DNA of 64,000 nt from the human T2T-CHM13v2.0 reference genome, Homo sapiens: NCBI RefSeq assembly GCF_009914755.1, contig NC_060936.1; one strand, written 5' to 3'. Numbering within the stretch: position 1 is the first letter of the stretch; every line of letters starts with the position of its first letter. Below the pieces are notes generated by a model. That model did no database searches and was not told the origin of the DNA. It worked only from the letters and a program-made list of their open reading frames with translations. Made by a program: the position numbers and the translations under genes. Below are positions 30,419 through 49,387 of the stretch, piece after piece.

Positions 30419-33302
30419 CTGTGCAGAGAGAAGAAAGCAACTATGTACTTCTGTATATGGTTTCACTACCATTAGTTAAGCATTATTTATATACTAGTTC
30501 TATAAAAACAATGTTGGGAAACACAAAAACATTGTCTTGCAATTCTAAAATGCTCACACAATATACATTTCCAACACGAGTTCAGATTTTTTATTATGTC
30601 ATAGTAAATATTATACTTGAATTAGTGAAGTTATCCAGGCAGGAGAGAGGACTTCAAAAGAAAATTACTTCTGGCACTTAAACAAAACCACTCTTTCATT
30701 CATTTTTATTCACTCATACTTATTTATTCACTCAGTTTCTTGATAAATACTTCCTGCGTATATGGAGAGATGAACAAGATGAAGTCCCTGCTTTTAAGTG
30801 TTTAGAAAACTGAGGCGTTGCTGACATGCTGACTGATGACTTGCCATCACATAAGACACAGAAATATGCATTATCAAAAGCAAAGTCATGTGAAAAACTT
30901 AGAGAAATGAGGACAGTGCCACAGAGATGGTGGCATTTCCTGTAAGCCTTGAAGGGGACAGGAAGCATATGGATGAGAAAGAGAAGGAGCAGTAGAGTGG
31001 CACGGTGGCCAGCTGGGCCCTACAGGACTGAGTGGAGTGAATCCATGCGGCAGCATGGGGGGAACTAAGCCAGGTGAAGGCGAGAGGGTATGAACTGCAG
31101 CTGCTTTGCAAAACCACACCGTGGGGTCTGGACAGAACACTCTAGTGGGAAAGTGGATGAAACAGACAGGTGGGGGTATGTGTGACATAATCAGGGTAAA
31201 CATGTTGGCCATTTGAAGGATGGACAAACAAGGAAGGCAGGCAGTTTAGTTTTAGTCCAGGCATGAAAGGAAGCAGTGACAATGAAAAGAAATAAGCAAC
31301 AGAAGAGACATTCCTGAGGTAGAATCAACTGGACCTGGAGCCAAGAGAATACTGAGGATAAAAAGAGGCAGTACAGCCATTTCCTCATCTGTAATTTGGA
31401 AATAATGAACAATTGGTTACGAAGATTAAATAAAAATGCTTACCATAGGTTTGGAAGATATGCTAGTAACTACCAAACTCTGGCCTCTGTGCTGAGTTAC
31501 AGATTCTCATTTTCCACTGTTTGGGCGTCTCTACCTCAAGTCACACATCCAAAACGGCACTCGCCCACACACAGCTCTTCCCCCTGTATTTCCCACTTCT
31601 GTTAATAGGATCATAACCAGCTCTGTCAACTAATGTCTAGTGTCAGTGCAGTGAGAGACAATGCAGAACTAAGCAGGATGAGGAGCAAGCAACCTCCAGG
31701 GCAGGGGAATGACTGCAAGAGCACCCACACCTGATTCACACCATTTGTACAGCACAGAAATCAAGGTCCTCTCAAATTACTTTTAAGCCCACTTCTTTCT
31801 TATTCAAATGGACCCTTGAGGGTAAATTTAGTCACAAATTGAATTTGGGGAGTTAACACTTAGAACCACCTAAAGATCTTTTTCCTCTGAGTTAAGGGAA
31901 AGTGAAAACGGTGAGAAGCCATTCCTTGCCATTTCTGGGAGACAAGACCCATGATTCAGTAATAACTTCTCCTTATGAAAATAAAAACATAAAGATAGCA
32001 GCAATATTCATCCTAATTGTCTCATTTGCCCAACTCCAAGATACCGAGGAGTTCTAGTGCCAGGGTCTGCCAATTTCCCTTTTAAAGTGTCTCCCAGTTC
32101 GTCTATTGCTTTTTCTTTATTGCCTAGGCTGTATCCTTGGTTCACACCTGACTGACTGTTTCTAGGACTAGTGAAATGCTTATATACTTGTCTCCCTGCC
32201 TCCAGTTCCCAGGCAACCCTGCCCCACTCTAAGTAACTTCTTCACCACTCCAACCTCCCCACTAATACTAGTTATCATCTCAAATCATGAAGTCTGATCA
32301 TGACAAACATCTAAAAAAAAAATCTCTCCTGGGGGTCCATTCTCAAAAGAAAAAAGTCTAATTCAAATACAGCCTTTCACAATCTTTTTTCTCGACACAG
32401 GACTCTCTTACACCTCTGTGCCTTTGCACATGCCATTTCTTCTACCAGGAATGCTCTTTCTTACATGGAAGTGTCATTTTCATAATTCAAAATCAAGTCC
32501 AAATGTCACCTTCCTGTAACAGAATCAGCTGGTCCTTCCTACGTACACCAGCTGCACTGAACTCTTATTGCCGCCCTCAATATACTGTATCACAATTTGC
32601 CTGGTATCTGTCTCCCTGGATAGACTGTGAGCATCTCAAGGCCTGGTACCACATGCCTTTCATCTTAGTATTCCTAGCACCTGGCACAGAGAGGCAAGCA
32701 AAGGGTCAAAAATCTTCCTAAACTGAAAGATAAAATTATCTTTATAATTAAATGTTGGCAATGGCAGTAGAATGAAAGATGAAGAAAACTTATAAAGCAG
32801 CTTTGGAATATAGTGGAATGTGCAGAGGACTGGGAGTCAGGCTGGATCAGCCACTTGCCAGCTACTTCAGCTGGAGCAAGTTACTCAACTCACATTACTA
32901 TGTTCTCATCTGCAACATGGCAATAACAATACTTTTAATTGTAGAGAGTAAATATCTTGCCCAGTACAGTGTTTGGCGTACAACAGGTTCTCAAGAAAAA
33001 GGGTAGCTACTCTGACGGCAGTGATGATGATGAAGCACACTTAGTAGGTGTTGTAGGCCAGAATCTGGGGAATGGGCTGTCCAGGTTCATACGCGGGCTC
33101 CCCCATTCAGGAGCTGAGATGCCTTATGCAAGTTACTTCCTGTTGCTGTGCTGAGGATAAAATGGACCTACTACAGAGTTGTTAGAATAGTTAAATGAGA
33201 ATGTGCATGAAAAGCTCTTAGTCAAGTACCATGTTACAGTTAAGTTAAAAAAAAAAAAAAGGCCTTAGTAAGGTATTGTTACTTAAACACGCAATATTGC
33301 TA

Positions 33303-33681
<379 letters not shown>

Positions 33682-34187
33682 CTAATCCTTTACTCATTAT
33701 AAAGTTTCCTGGTTGGTTATAAAGGCTAACCAGATAGTCTGGTTGTTGAAGTACTGAATGAAATGGCTCCTAATACCTTTCCAGGTTTACACTCCACTAT
33801 TTCAGTATGAATTCTCCAACTAAGCTGGGCTAGCCCCCAAATTGCCCTGATCATTCCCACCTCCAAGCTTTTGCTCATTGTTCCCTTCTCACCACTTCTG
33901 AGATTCTGCCTTCAGGACTTAGTTTAATTCATTTTCCCCAAAGTCTTTCACTATCAGCTCAGCACATACCGACCTCATGTACCTCTCATTTTATACTAAA
34001 CAATCCCTTCACTTACACATTGGTCAACAAACAGTTGAATAAATGAAGTTCCAACTAGACTGAAAGAACCCAGTTACACATTTTTTCAAATCCCTTAAAA
34101 TGCAAATAAATGTCTTTCAAATATTAAACGCAATAAAAATTATAACTATACATTTTACAAAGAAATTAAAGAGCAAATAACACGTTA

Positions 34188-34500
<313 letters not shown>

Positions 34501-34597
34501 GAAATTTCATAAAAAAAACATTTCATCACTAACATATAGATACATATGCATGTATACACTCACCCACACACATGCATATATAAAACATGAGAATTTA

Positions 34598-34795
<198 letters not shown>

Positions 34796-35094
34796 TTACA
34801 TATGGATAATCCTGACCTAACAAAACAAGGATGTGGATTCCAAATATATTTTAAATGGACTTATGTCCCAAGTTGGTATATTTGCTGATATGATTCTCTG
34901 GGGGAATGATATTCTATAAAATTTTTCTTTAGATATTCCTCACGTATAAAACAAGAGAACTAGGGTAGATGGCCTTTTAGCTATGGGAGTAAATTAATTT
35001 AATGACTTCCTTTTAGAGTGTCCTGAATTAATTGTTCAATAAATGTAGTTAACTGACTAGAATATTTTGTTGGCAGCTAGCAAAGACAATCAGT

Positions 35095-35678
35095 GGCCAG
35101 GCATGGCGGCTCACACCTGTAATCCCAGCACTTTGGGAGGCAGAGGTGGGCAGATCACCTGAGGTCAGGAGTTTGAGACCAGCTTGACCAACATGGCGAA
35201 ACCTATCTCTACTACAAATATGAAAATTAGCCAGATGTGGTGGCACGTGCCTGTGGTCCCAGCTCTTCAGGAAGCTGAGGTAGGAGAATCGCTTGAACCT
35301 GGGAGGGAGAGGCTGCAGTGAGGAAAAAAAAGAAAGACAATCCGTAAGTACCTAAAACCAAGTTCTCTGAAGGCCATGCATGGTGGCTCATGCCTGTAAT
35401 CCCAGCACTTTGGGAGATCAAGGTAGGCTGATTACTTGAGGTCAAAAATTTGAGACCAGCCTAGCCAACATGGTGAAACCCTGTCTTTACTAAAAATACA
35501 AAAAAATTAGCCGGGTGTGGTGGCATGCCTGTAATCCCAGCTACTCGAGAGGCTGAGGCACTAGAATTGCTGAACTCGGGAGGCAGAGGTTGCAGTCAGC
35601 AATCTTTAGATTGCACCACTGCACTCCAGCCTGGGTGATAAAGCGAGACTCTGTCTCAAAAAGATTAAAAAAAAAAAA
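35095..35678 (+). mobile_element. Two Alus: 35095-35332 (right arm shortened) and 35372-35678
   Basis: Flanking repeats AAAGACAATC and AAAACCAAGTTCTCTGAA respectively. Confidence 0.9.
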
Positions 35679-37655
35679 TCAAAACCAAGTTCTCTGAAAT
35701 GATAGTTATATTACAAAGAAAAATCATGTAAATAATTGAGAGAGAGAGACAGTGCCTTATAGCTACAGATTATATGAATTTGATAATTTCTGCTTACTAT
35801 GTCTCTAACCAAGCTGTAAGATGCTACAGTTCTGGCAAAAAAGCAGATTACAGTGGTGCTTCCTTGCTTGTTTCAAGTTCCTTTCAAGGCAAAGGTCACT
35901 AAACTAAGGGCCCATTAAAGTGGCTTGTAGGTAGGCCAATACTTTTGAAGTAGATTCGCCAAAATTAAAAAAAAAAAAAATCAAACAAACCTGATAAAGC
36001 CTTCAGATCCAACTACCAATTTATGGGAAATACAAGAGACATAGAAACTTGTTAACTAGGATTCAATCAGAGAGGGACAAAGTGTAAGATAGCTATAGAA
36101 TCTATAATCAGATTTATTCATATACACATGCAAAAAATTATACGGTTAAAAAAAGAGAGATGGAGGGAAAACCCATAGATTTAACTTCAAACCAACAAAC
36201 TTAAAAACCAAAAAAACACATAAGTCTTTATGAAAGTTAAGAGGAGTGAAAGGTGTACATTGACAAAGTAGTTGGTCATATTAAGGAATCATTATTGATT
36301 TTTTTAGGGTGATAATGGTATTGTGGTTATATTTTTAAGAATCTTTATATTTTGGAGATACATACAAAAAACGTGGAGCTAAAATGATACAATGTTTGAG
36401 ATTCACTTAATATTAATCAGGTAGCAGTGGTGGAGTGGGTGTGTTTAGATGAAACAAGGTCAAATAGAAATGGAAGTAAATAAATATAAATCACTTGTCT
36501 TCCTTCTGAAGAAGGAAGTTTTAGTTGTAGCCTACACTTCTGAAGAAGACAAGTGAGGGGTATGTGAAAGCTCATTCATCTTTCTCTAAACCTGGAGACT
36601 GCTTTAAATTAAAGGATACTAAAGAGCTATGTCAACCTAATATATGAGCCTTGAGTGTATCTTGGATTAAAAACAAACAGAGGCAGAGAACAGCTATGAA
36701 GGGCATTTGGAGGCAACTGGGGAAATGCTGAAGACAGGCTATTAGATGGTATTATTTAACCAATGTTAAAGTTCTAGAATGTGTTAATGGTCTGTGGCCT
36801 GATGATGAAGCCATCACAAGCAGAGCTAAGAAATTCAGAGAAAAACAAAGCCTGGAGATTGTCTATCCCAGACTCCCTGTTAACGGGATAAACATGTCCT
36901 TAAAGCTGAAGTCAGTCTGAAGTCTAGTTTTCCATGCCTGACTTAAAATAAGCCTTCGTCGAAATAAAACAAAACAACATAAACAAGGGTTAATGATAAA
37001 ATCTGTTCAGGTACACAAGAGGCAGCTGGGCCTGGCAAACTGTGGAAAAAGCCTGGCTTGCCATGTGTCTTTTTACTAAACCCCTGTCCCTTTAAGTACC
37101 ATGAAAATGTCTATGAATACTCTAACCCAATAACTTTCAAATTGGCACAAAGACCTAAAAGTATAGGCTACAACTAAAAACTGCAAATTCTCACATTATT
37201 ACTACACATGACGGAGAGAACTCATCAAGAAAATGGGGGAAGTCTGTACTCCCATCAAAATTGGTTCTTAAAAGCTAAAGTTATTTTAAGAAATTAAACA
37301 GTACACTTCAAGTGGAGGGAACAGCATATGCAAAGAGGGCTGTACGCTAGGTAATTATTATTGTAGCTTATGGTTTGCTTGGCTTGTGGGAAACATTTTG
37401 TAAAAAATCAAGTATTTTACTGGATTACTAAAGACACTAAATAGGTGTTAAAGGTATTTTTATTTTTTTTGAAAATTCCAATTTCTTTCTCCTCCAAACG
37501 AGAACAGGGTTTATAGAAAAAATATAATGGCTTTAAAATGTCTGTAAGGTTCACATCTTTGATTATTTATAATTAAAATCCTAATTTCAGTGAGGTAAAA
37601 CTAAAGACCTCCAAATGCATTTAAAAGACCCAGAAATTAAAAATACTCCATTTTA

Positions 37656-37808
37656 GCTGGGTGCAGCAGCTCATGTCTGTGGTTCCACTAGTCAGGAGGC
37701 TGAGGTGGGAGGATTGCTTGAGCCCACGAGGTCGAGGCTACAGTGAGCCATGTTTGCATTACTGCATTCCAGCTTGGACAACAGAGTGAGATCCTGTCTC
37801 AAAAAAAT
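37656..37808 (+). mobile_element. Alu right monomer (FRAM/AluJ-like)
   Basis: Single right arm with A-tail. Confidence 0.8.
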
Positions 37809-38434
37809 ATAGTTTATATGCCAGTGTCTTTATTTTCCAAAGAAGTTGATGAAACATCTACTTCCCACTAAAGTTAAAAACTCAAAAATGCATATTTTTA
37901 GCACATTTTATCAAACCTGCTAAAGTAACAGTTAAGGGGCTAGTAAAGAAATTGTTAAGACTTAGGTAAACCTGAAAATTTATTCATCCCCAAAGGATGG
38001 CTGGAGTATACTGGATTAAGGTTCACATTTACGGTAGCATTCCTTTTTCCTCAAAAGCTAATCTGAACTTTACTTTGAATTCCATCTAAACAACTGTTCT
38101 GGAAGTACCTTTTTAGAAATGCCATAATTCTAAAAAGGCATTTCTAGAATGTCCCAGCTGCCTGGCCTCACCTCCCCACAATGCGATCTGTCCCTGGGTC
38201 TCTCTGAACAGCTTGTTATTAATAGAACCCAGTTCTTCGAAGTTCAGGCTCATCCCTCTGCATGGGGGACCCTATCTCAACTTGCAACTCCTATCTCTCA
38301 CTCAACCACCAGCTCCAACACTGCCTGCACTGTTAGGCCTTTTGGTCTGTTCCATACAGAAATAAGCTACTCCCTTCTTTCCAGTCCTTTTATTCAGGTT
38401 TATTTGCATAATTAAAAATTATATATAAAAATCA

Positions 38435-38572
<138 letters not shown>

Positions 38573-38798
38573 TTACATGGATATAAAAAATAAAACTTCA
38601 ATAGAAAATACATTTTTTAAAACCGTAGTGGACTCAACATCCACAAAATAACTTAAACTTTTAATACTACTACAGCAAACAATCTCATATAAATTTTAGA
38701 ACAGTGCTTAATAGACAAAATATTGTAGAATTATAAAAAAGCCAGACCTTTGTGATTACTCTTATACTAAACAAAGGGAGTATGCGTGTACTACTTAC

Positions 38799-38884
38799 CT
38801 ATATTTGTTTTTGTCCTTATATGCTTTGTGGATTTTGTCAGTTACTGGTTTACAGTTTGTTACTAGACTTTTAGTGACCGGTGG
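38799..38884 (-). CDS. GNPTAB: GNPTAB exon 17, PPVTKSLVTNCKPVTDKIHKAYKDKNKY
   Basis: CATAG / GTAAGT; 86 nt. Confidence 0.96.
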
Positions 38885-39251
38885 CTATGAGAAAATATAA
38901 GTAGATCAGATATCACATCAGAGCTGAAACTAGGGCAATTTAGTCCTAATCTTAGTTCTGATTTTTAACTTTGATTCTATGCTCTCTGGAGGTAAGAAAA
39001 ACACCAACTGTGACTACATATACATCTTTTTCATCTTTAAGAACATACTGGCAAACAATTACTACCATTTATATAATAGAGTTTATAATGCATTTTTCAC
39101 AAACCAAACCTGAAGTACTTTATCCTATTGGATCATGGCAAAAACCCCAAATAAACTGCTGAAGTACACAGACGAGCTGCTCTTCTGTTATCAGCCTGAC
39201 TGCGTACCAGCTCTGTGTGAGGCGTCTGGTGAATTCCCGACCCACAAATAG

Positions 39252-39702
<451 letters not shown>

Positions 39703-40309
39703 TAGTCTCATTCTTGACCTGCTGATTCCTATCTGCTAATCCCACTAGAGCAAGTTCCTTTAAGGCTGATACCAGGTCTTACTCCTCTATTTATCTCAAC
39801 TTTATTAATTTGGTAATGTTAAGTCTTAGCACATTTAGAGAATTGGCTTTTAAGTGGCACATATCCATATACTAACCCATGCCATATGCTAAACTAATCT
39901 ACACGTGATAGGCAACACTCATACTATGTGCTCTGATGGCTGCTATGCTGACCTCTTTCACCAATGGCTGCCACTTGTCACACTGTGTCTCCTCATGAGG
40001 GAGGAGGTGTCCTATCTGCAGTCATTATTTATACATGGCTTGAAGATTTGCAAGATCGTAATTTTTTAAAAATACCACTTCATTCTGATTATGAAAGCAA
40101 AATCTACTCATTGTAGAAAATATGAAAAACTCTAGTGTACAAAAAGGATATTAAAAACTACCTGTGATTTAACCTACTGTCATTTCTGTTGTCTTTTGGG
40201 GTATGTGTGTTGTATATGTACTTGGAGGATTTTTATAGTTCAACTCATACTGTCTATATGGTAGTACCCATTATTTTCTCCACCTAATTTTATTATATAA
40301 GAATTTTTC

Positions 40310-40673
<364 letters not shown>

Positions 40674-41124
40674 TTATCAGTAAAAAATTAACAGAAAATA
40701 GCAGATTAATGGCTGTATTATATTCATTTCATCAATTCTATGATTTTCTTCACATTATAACCTCTCTGAAACTAAAATGTCTCTTATAATCTATACTCTT
40801 TCAATTATTTCAGCCAAATGACATTCCAATGCAGTCGTGTGTTAATCACCCACTGCCCCTACTGGTAAAATGGAGTAAGTGCCAGCATTAAAGCAATTCA
40901 GCTTTGATGAACGATGATATTCCATGTGATGAATATTTCCTTGATGGTTAAACCTCAGGATTGTTCTCTCTGGCCAATGAGAATACTCTGGGGCTATTTT
41001 CTGTCACCCTTAGTAAACAGGACATCCGCTTATGGAATATAAGCAACAAATCCAAATTACGCATCTATGGGGTGAACAGTAAGATTCCAAAGCAAGCTAT
41101 GAATGATTCGGATTACCTGTGCTA

Positions 41125-41370
<246 letters not shown>

Positions 41371-41955
41371 CTAACAAAGAAAAAGATGATAAATCTGTTA
41401 TGCGCATTGTAAGTAATGACTGTGGTTTTAAAAATAAAAATTAAGTGAAAGCTTCCAAAAATGGTTTAAATGCTATCTTCAAAGAGAGTCTGACTATATG
41501 ATTCTTAAGATAAAGGCACTCTAAGAAGAGCAGAATGAGACAATGCCAACAAAAATATTTCATCTTCATCTCAAAGAACATTCTGGCCTCTGAGATACCC
41601 ATTTACACAAGGTGGTCCAGGGCTCAGGAGAAATCATGCCCTGCAGCTAGATTCATCTGGGCACCTCCATTAGTGAGTTTCCTACTCCTGGGACTAGAGG
41701 ATGCCATGAAGGAGGGGCTAGCTGAGATCTCCAGCTAGCCACACCTGAAGTCCTAGAATGAATATACCACAAGAATCTCATATGCAGGTATGGTCTGGCT
41801 CTTTTCCAGACAATACAAGATCAATCCCTACTGAAAACCTGCAAAAAGTAATTTCATAAAATACAAACCCCAAATTTGGTTATAATTCTAGCACTAAAAC
41901 AGACTAGCTATGAATACCCACAGTAAATATTAAGAATTATTTTTACTTGCAATAA

Positions 41956-42298
<343 letters not shown>

Positions 42299-42353
42299 AG
42301 AATTAAATTCTCATTTAAAACATCAAAAAGTTTAGAATAAGACAATACAACAC

Positions 42354-42573
42354 CTGCAAACTTAACGGCAGTTCGTGAATTCTGGTAGCCAGTGTTCGGA
42401 TTTCTCTGTCAGACAAGACACCAGATTGATCTGTATCAACTTCATCAAAGACTTGAGATATATTCAGTGGCTGCACTGCACTCATGAGATAATAAAAATA
42501 AGAGAAGGCAAACTGCATATCCTCAGAATGGCGCACTTTGTGAAATGACGTCTTGTCAAATTCTTCAGGGAAC
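42354..42573 (-). CDS. GNPTAB: GNPTAB exon 15, [21 protein letters not shown]...[12 protein letters not shown] (Stealth CR3 end, EF-hand)
   Basis: CAG / GTGTTG; 220 nt; ORF 42315..42590. Confidence 0.96.
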
Positions 42574-42789
42574 CTGTCCAAATATAACATATTACAAACT
42601 CTGGATATTCAAAGTATGTACCGTATCTAACATTTGCAGAGATGGACTTTTTTCTTTCTCACTTAGATAATACCTTTAACATATTAGTCATCAAATATTA
42701 GAGCTATAAATTTAGCATGGTAAATATGCACATTTCAAGTAGCCTTAGTTCTGAACACAAGCAAACAACTCAAACACGAGCAAGACTTA

Positions 42790-43083
<294 letters not shown>

Positions 43084-43559
43084 TCACGAACTCTTCATTA
43101 GGAGCAAATGAAATACATGTTAACGGGTCACTTTAAGGATCTAAACTGGACTTAGCAGGACTCAACTGGATTTCAGTGCAAGTATCACCAATGTTGGTTT
43201 GAGAACAACAGCTGTACGATGGAGATCTACATAACAACAGTCACATATGGAGGGTATTCTTCAAGGACTGGTCACTGACTGTGAGATGTCAAAGCTAATT
43301 CAATGCAACATTTAGAAAATTTATGTACATATACATTTGATAGTACTTTCAATATCAAGCTATTTCTGCAGGTGATATCAAATGTGCAAGTCCTTGAGTT
43401 TTAAGCGCAAGGACTAGAAACAAATTTGGTTTCATCTTATAATAGTTTTAATATTATAAAATCAAAACCAGTCAGTGGCAGAACTAAATAGGCAAAGAAA
43501 ATTGGCAAAGCATTCAAACACTTTACAGAAATATTTTTGCTTCTCAAACTGATAAAAAT

Positions 43560-44150
43560 AAAAATGTAAGGAGACTGATATTAACTGGTGTTGGTTAGAC
43601 TGCAGTGAAACAAGCACTGTTGTATACTGTTTGTGGAAATATGAAGTGGTGCAACATTTCAGAAAGACATATTTAAAGTTTATACCTGCTAAGCTAGTAA
43701 TTCTACCTGCAGAACTAAAACTCACTGAAATGTAAGATATATGTACAAGAGAATTCACTGCAACACTATTTGTAATCACAAAACATTGGAAATAACTAAC
43801 CTGCAGCCATTAAAAAGAATAATGGCACTGGCATGGGTATAAATAAATAAATAAATAATGGCATTTGCCCACATCCTACTACATCAAAAGGCAACTGCAG
43901 GGAAATATATGTAAATTTACACTATACATATATTTCTCTATATATAACTATACATACATATAGGTATGTTTGCATAGCTATAGAAAAATACTGGAAGAAT
44001 ACCCATCAAACTATTAACAGCAATTATCTCCGGGAAGGAGACTGAAGAAGGAAGAACTTTCCTTTATTTACTGTATATTTTTGAATTGTTTGCAATTTTT
44101 ACTACTAGCCTATAATGCTTTTGTAAATTTAAAAAAAAAAAAAAAAAAAA
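43560..44150 (+). mobile_element. Old L1 (L1M-type) 3' fragment with poly(A)
   Basis: L1 3'-region-like motifs ending in an A-run at 44131-44150. Confidence 0.55.
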
Positions 44151-44165
44151 AGGAAAGAGGCCAGA

Positions 44166-44510
<345 letters not shown>

Positions 44511-45359
44511 TCAAGAACACTGCAGTCCTTCACTAGACAATCTGTAAATGCCTCATGTGCAAGGCACAAGATACTTCCTAAAATGCTGAGGACATAGTTC
44601 CTCCTTCACTCTCTTTTCTCCCAGCCTAACACCCACTCGTGGCTGTGTGCCTTCACTATTCAGCCCAGACTGTATGATTTTTTTTTTTGGTCTGTCAACT
44701 CCCACCCCTTCGAAGGTCAGTCCACAGGGCACTTCCTTCTGTATGCCTTCCCTAGTACTTCTAGGCAGAGCTAAGGAGTCCTCCCTCTGAACTTCTTGCC
44801 CATATCTCAACACAGACACATCTCTTTGCTACAGTTTTCTCCCCACAAATTTGTCTTCTCTACTGGTCCCTGAGTTTCCACATGAGCAGTGGCTATGTTC
44901 CCGTCATCTTGCATTCCCCAGTGGTTAGCACCGTGAGAGCACTGAGGAGAGGTACAGATGACACCACAGCACAGTGAAGCCATGGTACAGGGCAACGAGC
45001 AGTCCAACTTTGAGGCTTGGCTCACACTGATTTGCTGTTATAATGTTGGGGAAGCGAATGAACTTAATTGAACTTCAGGGTTTTTCATCAGTAAAGCTGG
45101 AAAAATACCATATCTGAAATGTCAAGACAAGACAACATGCCACTTCCCACTCTCCTTCCTCCAAGTACGCCCCTGGCTAAATCCCTTACTCATTCACACT
45201 TGGGCTGTTTCCTAAACTACAAAATGGGGACAGCAATAATAAATACCTTCATATGACATTTTTTATTATTAGGGTTATTGGGTAAATTAAATGAAACCAT
45301 GTAAGAAAAGCATTTAGTTCCATGGCCGGCACAGGGAAGTGCTGAATAAATGGTAGCTA

Positions 45360-46592
<1,233 letters not shown>

Positions 46593-46626
46593 TTAATTCT
46601 TTGAGTCTGAGTTTTCACTTTCTTTT

Positions 46627-46736
46627 AAAAAAAATAATAGGGAATGCATCATGAATTTGCATGTCGTCCTTGTGCAGGGGCCATGCTAATGCCTAAACTG
46701 TTCTAATTTTAGTATATGTGCTGCTGAAGTAGGCAC
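46627..46736 (-). pseudogene. U6 snRNA retropseudogene
   Basis: Minus strand reads GTGCCTACTTCAGCAGCACATATACTAAAATT...ATTAGCATGGCCCCTGCACAAGGACGAC...; 16-bp TSD TGAGTTTTCACTTTCT at 46608-46623 and 46737-46752. Confidence 0.93.
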
Positions 46737-47282
46737 TGAGTTTTCACTTTCTAAGAGTGACTTTAATTTCAAAATAATCAGATATCCTAATACAACAGTT
46801 ACTGGTATAGGGCTTATTTCACTATCTGAGGCAGTCACAATAATTACCATGAAATAGTGATCCTGACTCACTATAGAGATATGGCATGGTTCTTAACAAT
46901 AAATTACAATAATCAATTTCCATCTTTTTATCCATTTGAAAAAAACTTTCTGCCAAAACAAACTCCATTAATACGCTATCAACAAAATCCAGTGTTTGAA
47001 CCATCTTTATTTAATGAATTATTGATATCCTTTTTTGTTTCCAAATTAAAACTTCACCACATATTTTCAGCTAAGGTAAATCTGCTTGGTCCAAACAAAA
47101 CAAAACAAAACAAAACACCAGACTGCAACAATAACAGGAAAAGATCCTCTTCAGTGATTTATGTTGTTCTCTTACTTTCATAACTAGTTTGAATGCAAGG
47201 CTGGTAAAGGGATACACAGAGAATCATTATTTTAAATAACAAAAGCCATTCAAAACTCTCTCTACCTGTCAAGGATGTTTTA

Positions 47283-47894
<612 letters not shown>

Positions 47895-48856
47895 TTATTT
47901 CATATTGATGTTTTCAAGGTTGATGTGTAAGTTTTAGTCAGAAAAGGTTCACCTCATTCTTTAGTAGAAGATCTCATATACCTTAAGAAGAAAATAAACG
48001 TAAAAGGGAGTCACTTGACAGAAGCGTGATGAACAGGCCCTGGCATTTTGTAGCTGTGCAACCTACAAGTACAGGGCTTACATTTGCTCAAGGGGCACGT
48101 GCTGACAGAAATGGAGGAGCACGAAAACAAGAAGAGATTATTCCAAAGACTGTGACTATCAGAACTGCCAAAAACATGTCCAAACGTGGGTAACATGTTT
48201 GATACCCCTTGTTATCAAATGCTAATGTTCCAGTAGAGACTGACTTCTCTGGTCTACACAGATCTACTTTGCACATCTGTATTCTCTCTCCTCAGCTAAA
48301 GCGCATCTGACATATCTGACTGAAATACAACTTGAAGCTTTGTTTTCTCCAATATTCAAACATTTCCAAATCCATTTCTTCATATGGAAATGGGGATGAT
48401 AACATTTGTGTACATACTTACTCTCTCTCTCTCTCAGGTAACAAACACAATTCAAGTGAATATAATGAATAATGCTCTATAAATTTAATGCTTTATAAAT
48501 TGAAAGGTAGTAAGTAAATGTAACAAATTGCTATTATCAACAAGTCAAAATATAACTATGTGAGGGAGAGGGAAGAGCTGCTGAGGAGAGAAAATACTTA
48601 TTTCTTTTGCAACTCTTTAGTAATTCTGTGACCTATCACAATCTGCTGCTGAAAGCTACCAGCAGTGAGCTCCTATAAGAACCAGTTAGAGTGATTCTTG
48701 CTCTTGGATTTATATAAGTGTATTCCAGATTTTCATATTTTAAATAAGAAGACATTTTCAAGTGTATTTTCTCTTGTTCAATGCCCTCAACAATGAATAA
48801 ACTGGGCCACATGAGGGCACTAATTACCACCTCCAAAGAGTCCATTGATTACTGAT

Positions 48857-49143
48857 TTGTTTGTTTTGAGAGAGGCTGTCACTCTGCCGCCCAGGTTAGA
48901 GTACAATGGTGCAATCACAGCTCACAGCAGCCTCTAACTCCTAGGCTCAAATGATCCTCTTGCCTTAGCCTCCCAAGTAGCTAGGACTACAGGTTTGCAC
49001 CACCACACTTGGCTAATTTTTTTTGATAGAGATGGGGTCTTACTATGTTGCCCAAGCTGGTCTTGAACTCCTGGCCTCAAGCACTCCTCCCAGCTCAGCT
49101 TTGCAAAGCACTGGATTATAAGCATGAGCCACCATGCCCAGCA
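48857..49143 (-). mobile_element. Alu (J-type)
   Basis: Antisense Alu; ATTACTGATT flanking repeat. Confidence 0.88.
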
Positions 49144-49201
49144 TTACTGATTCTTTATTAATACATAAAGAATGTTTGGTTAAGTCTATAGCACATGTTC
49201 A

Positions 49202-49387
<186 letters not shown>

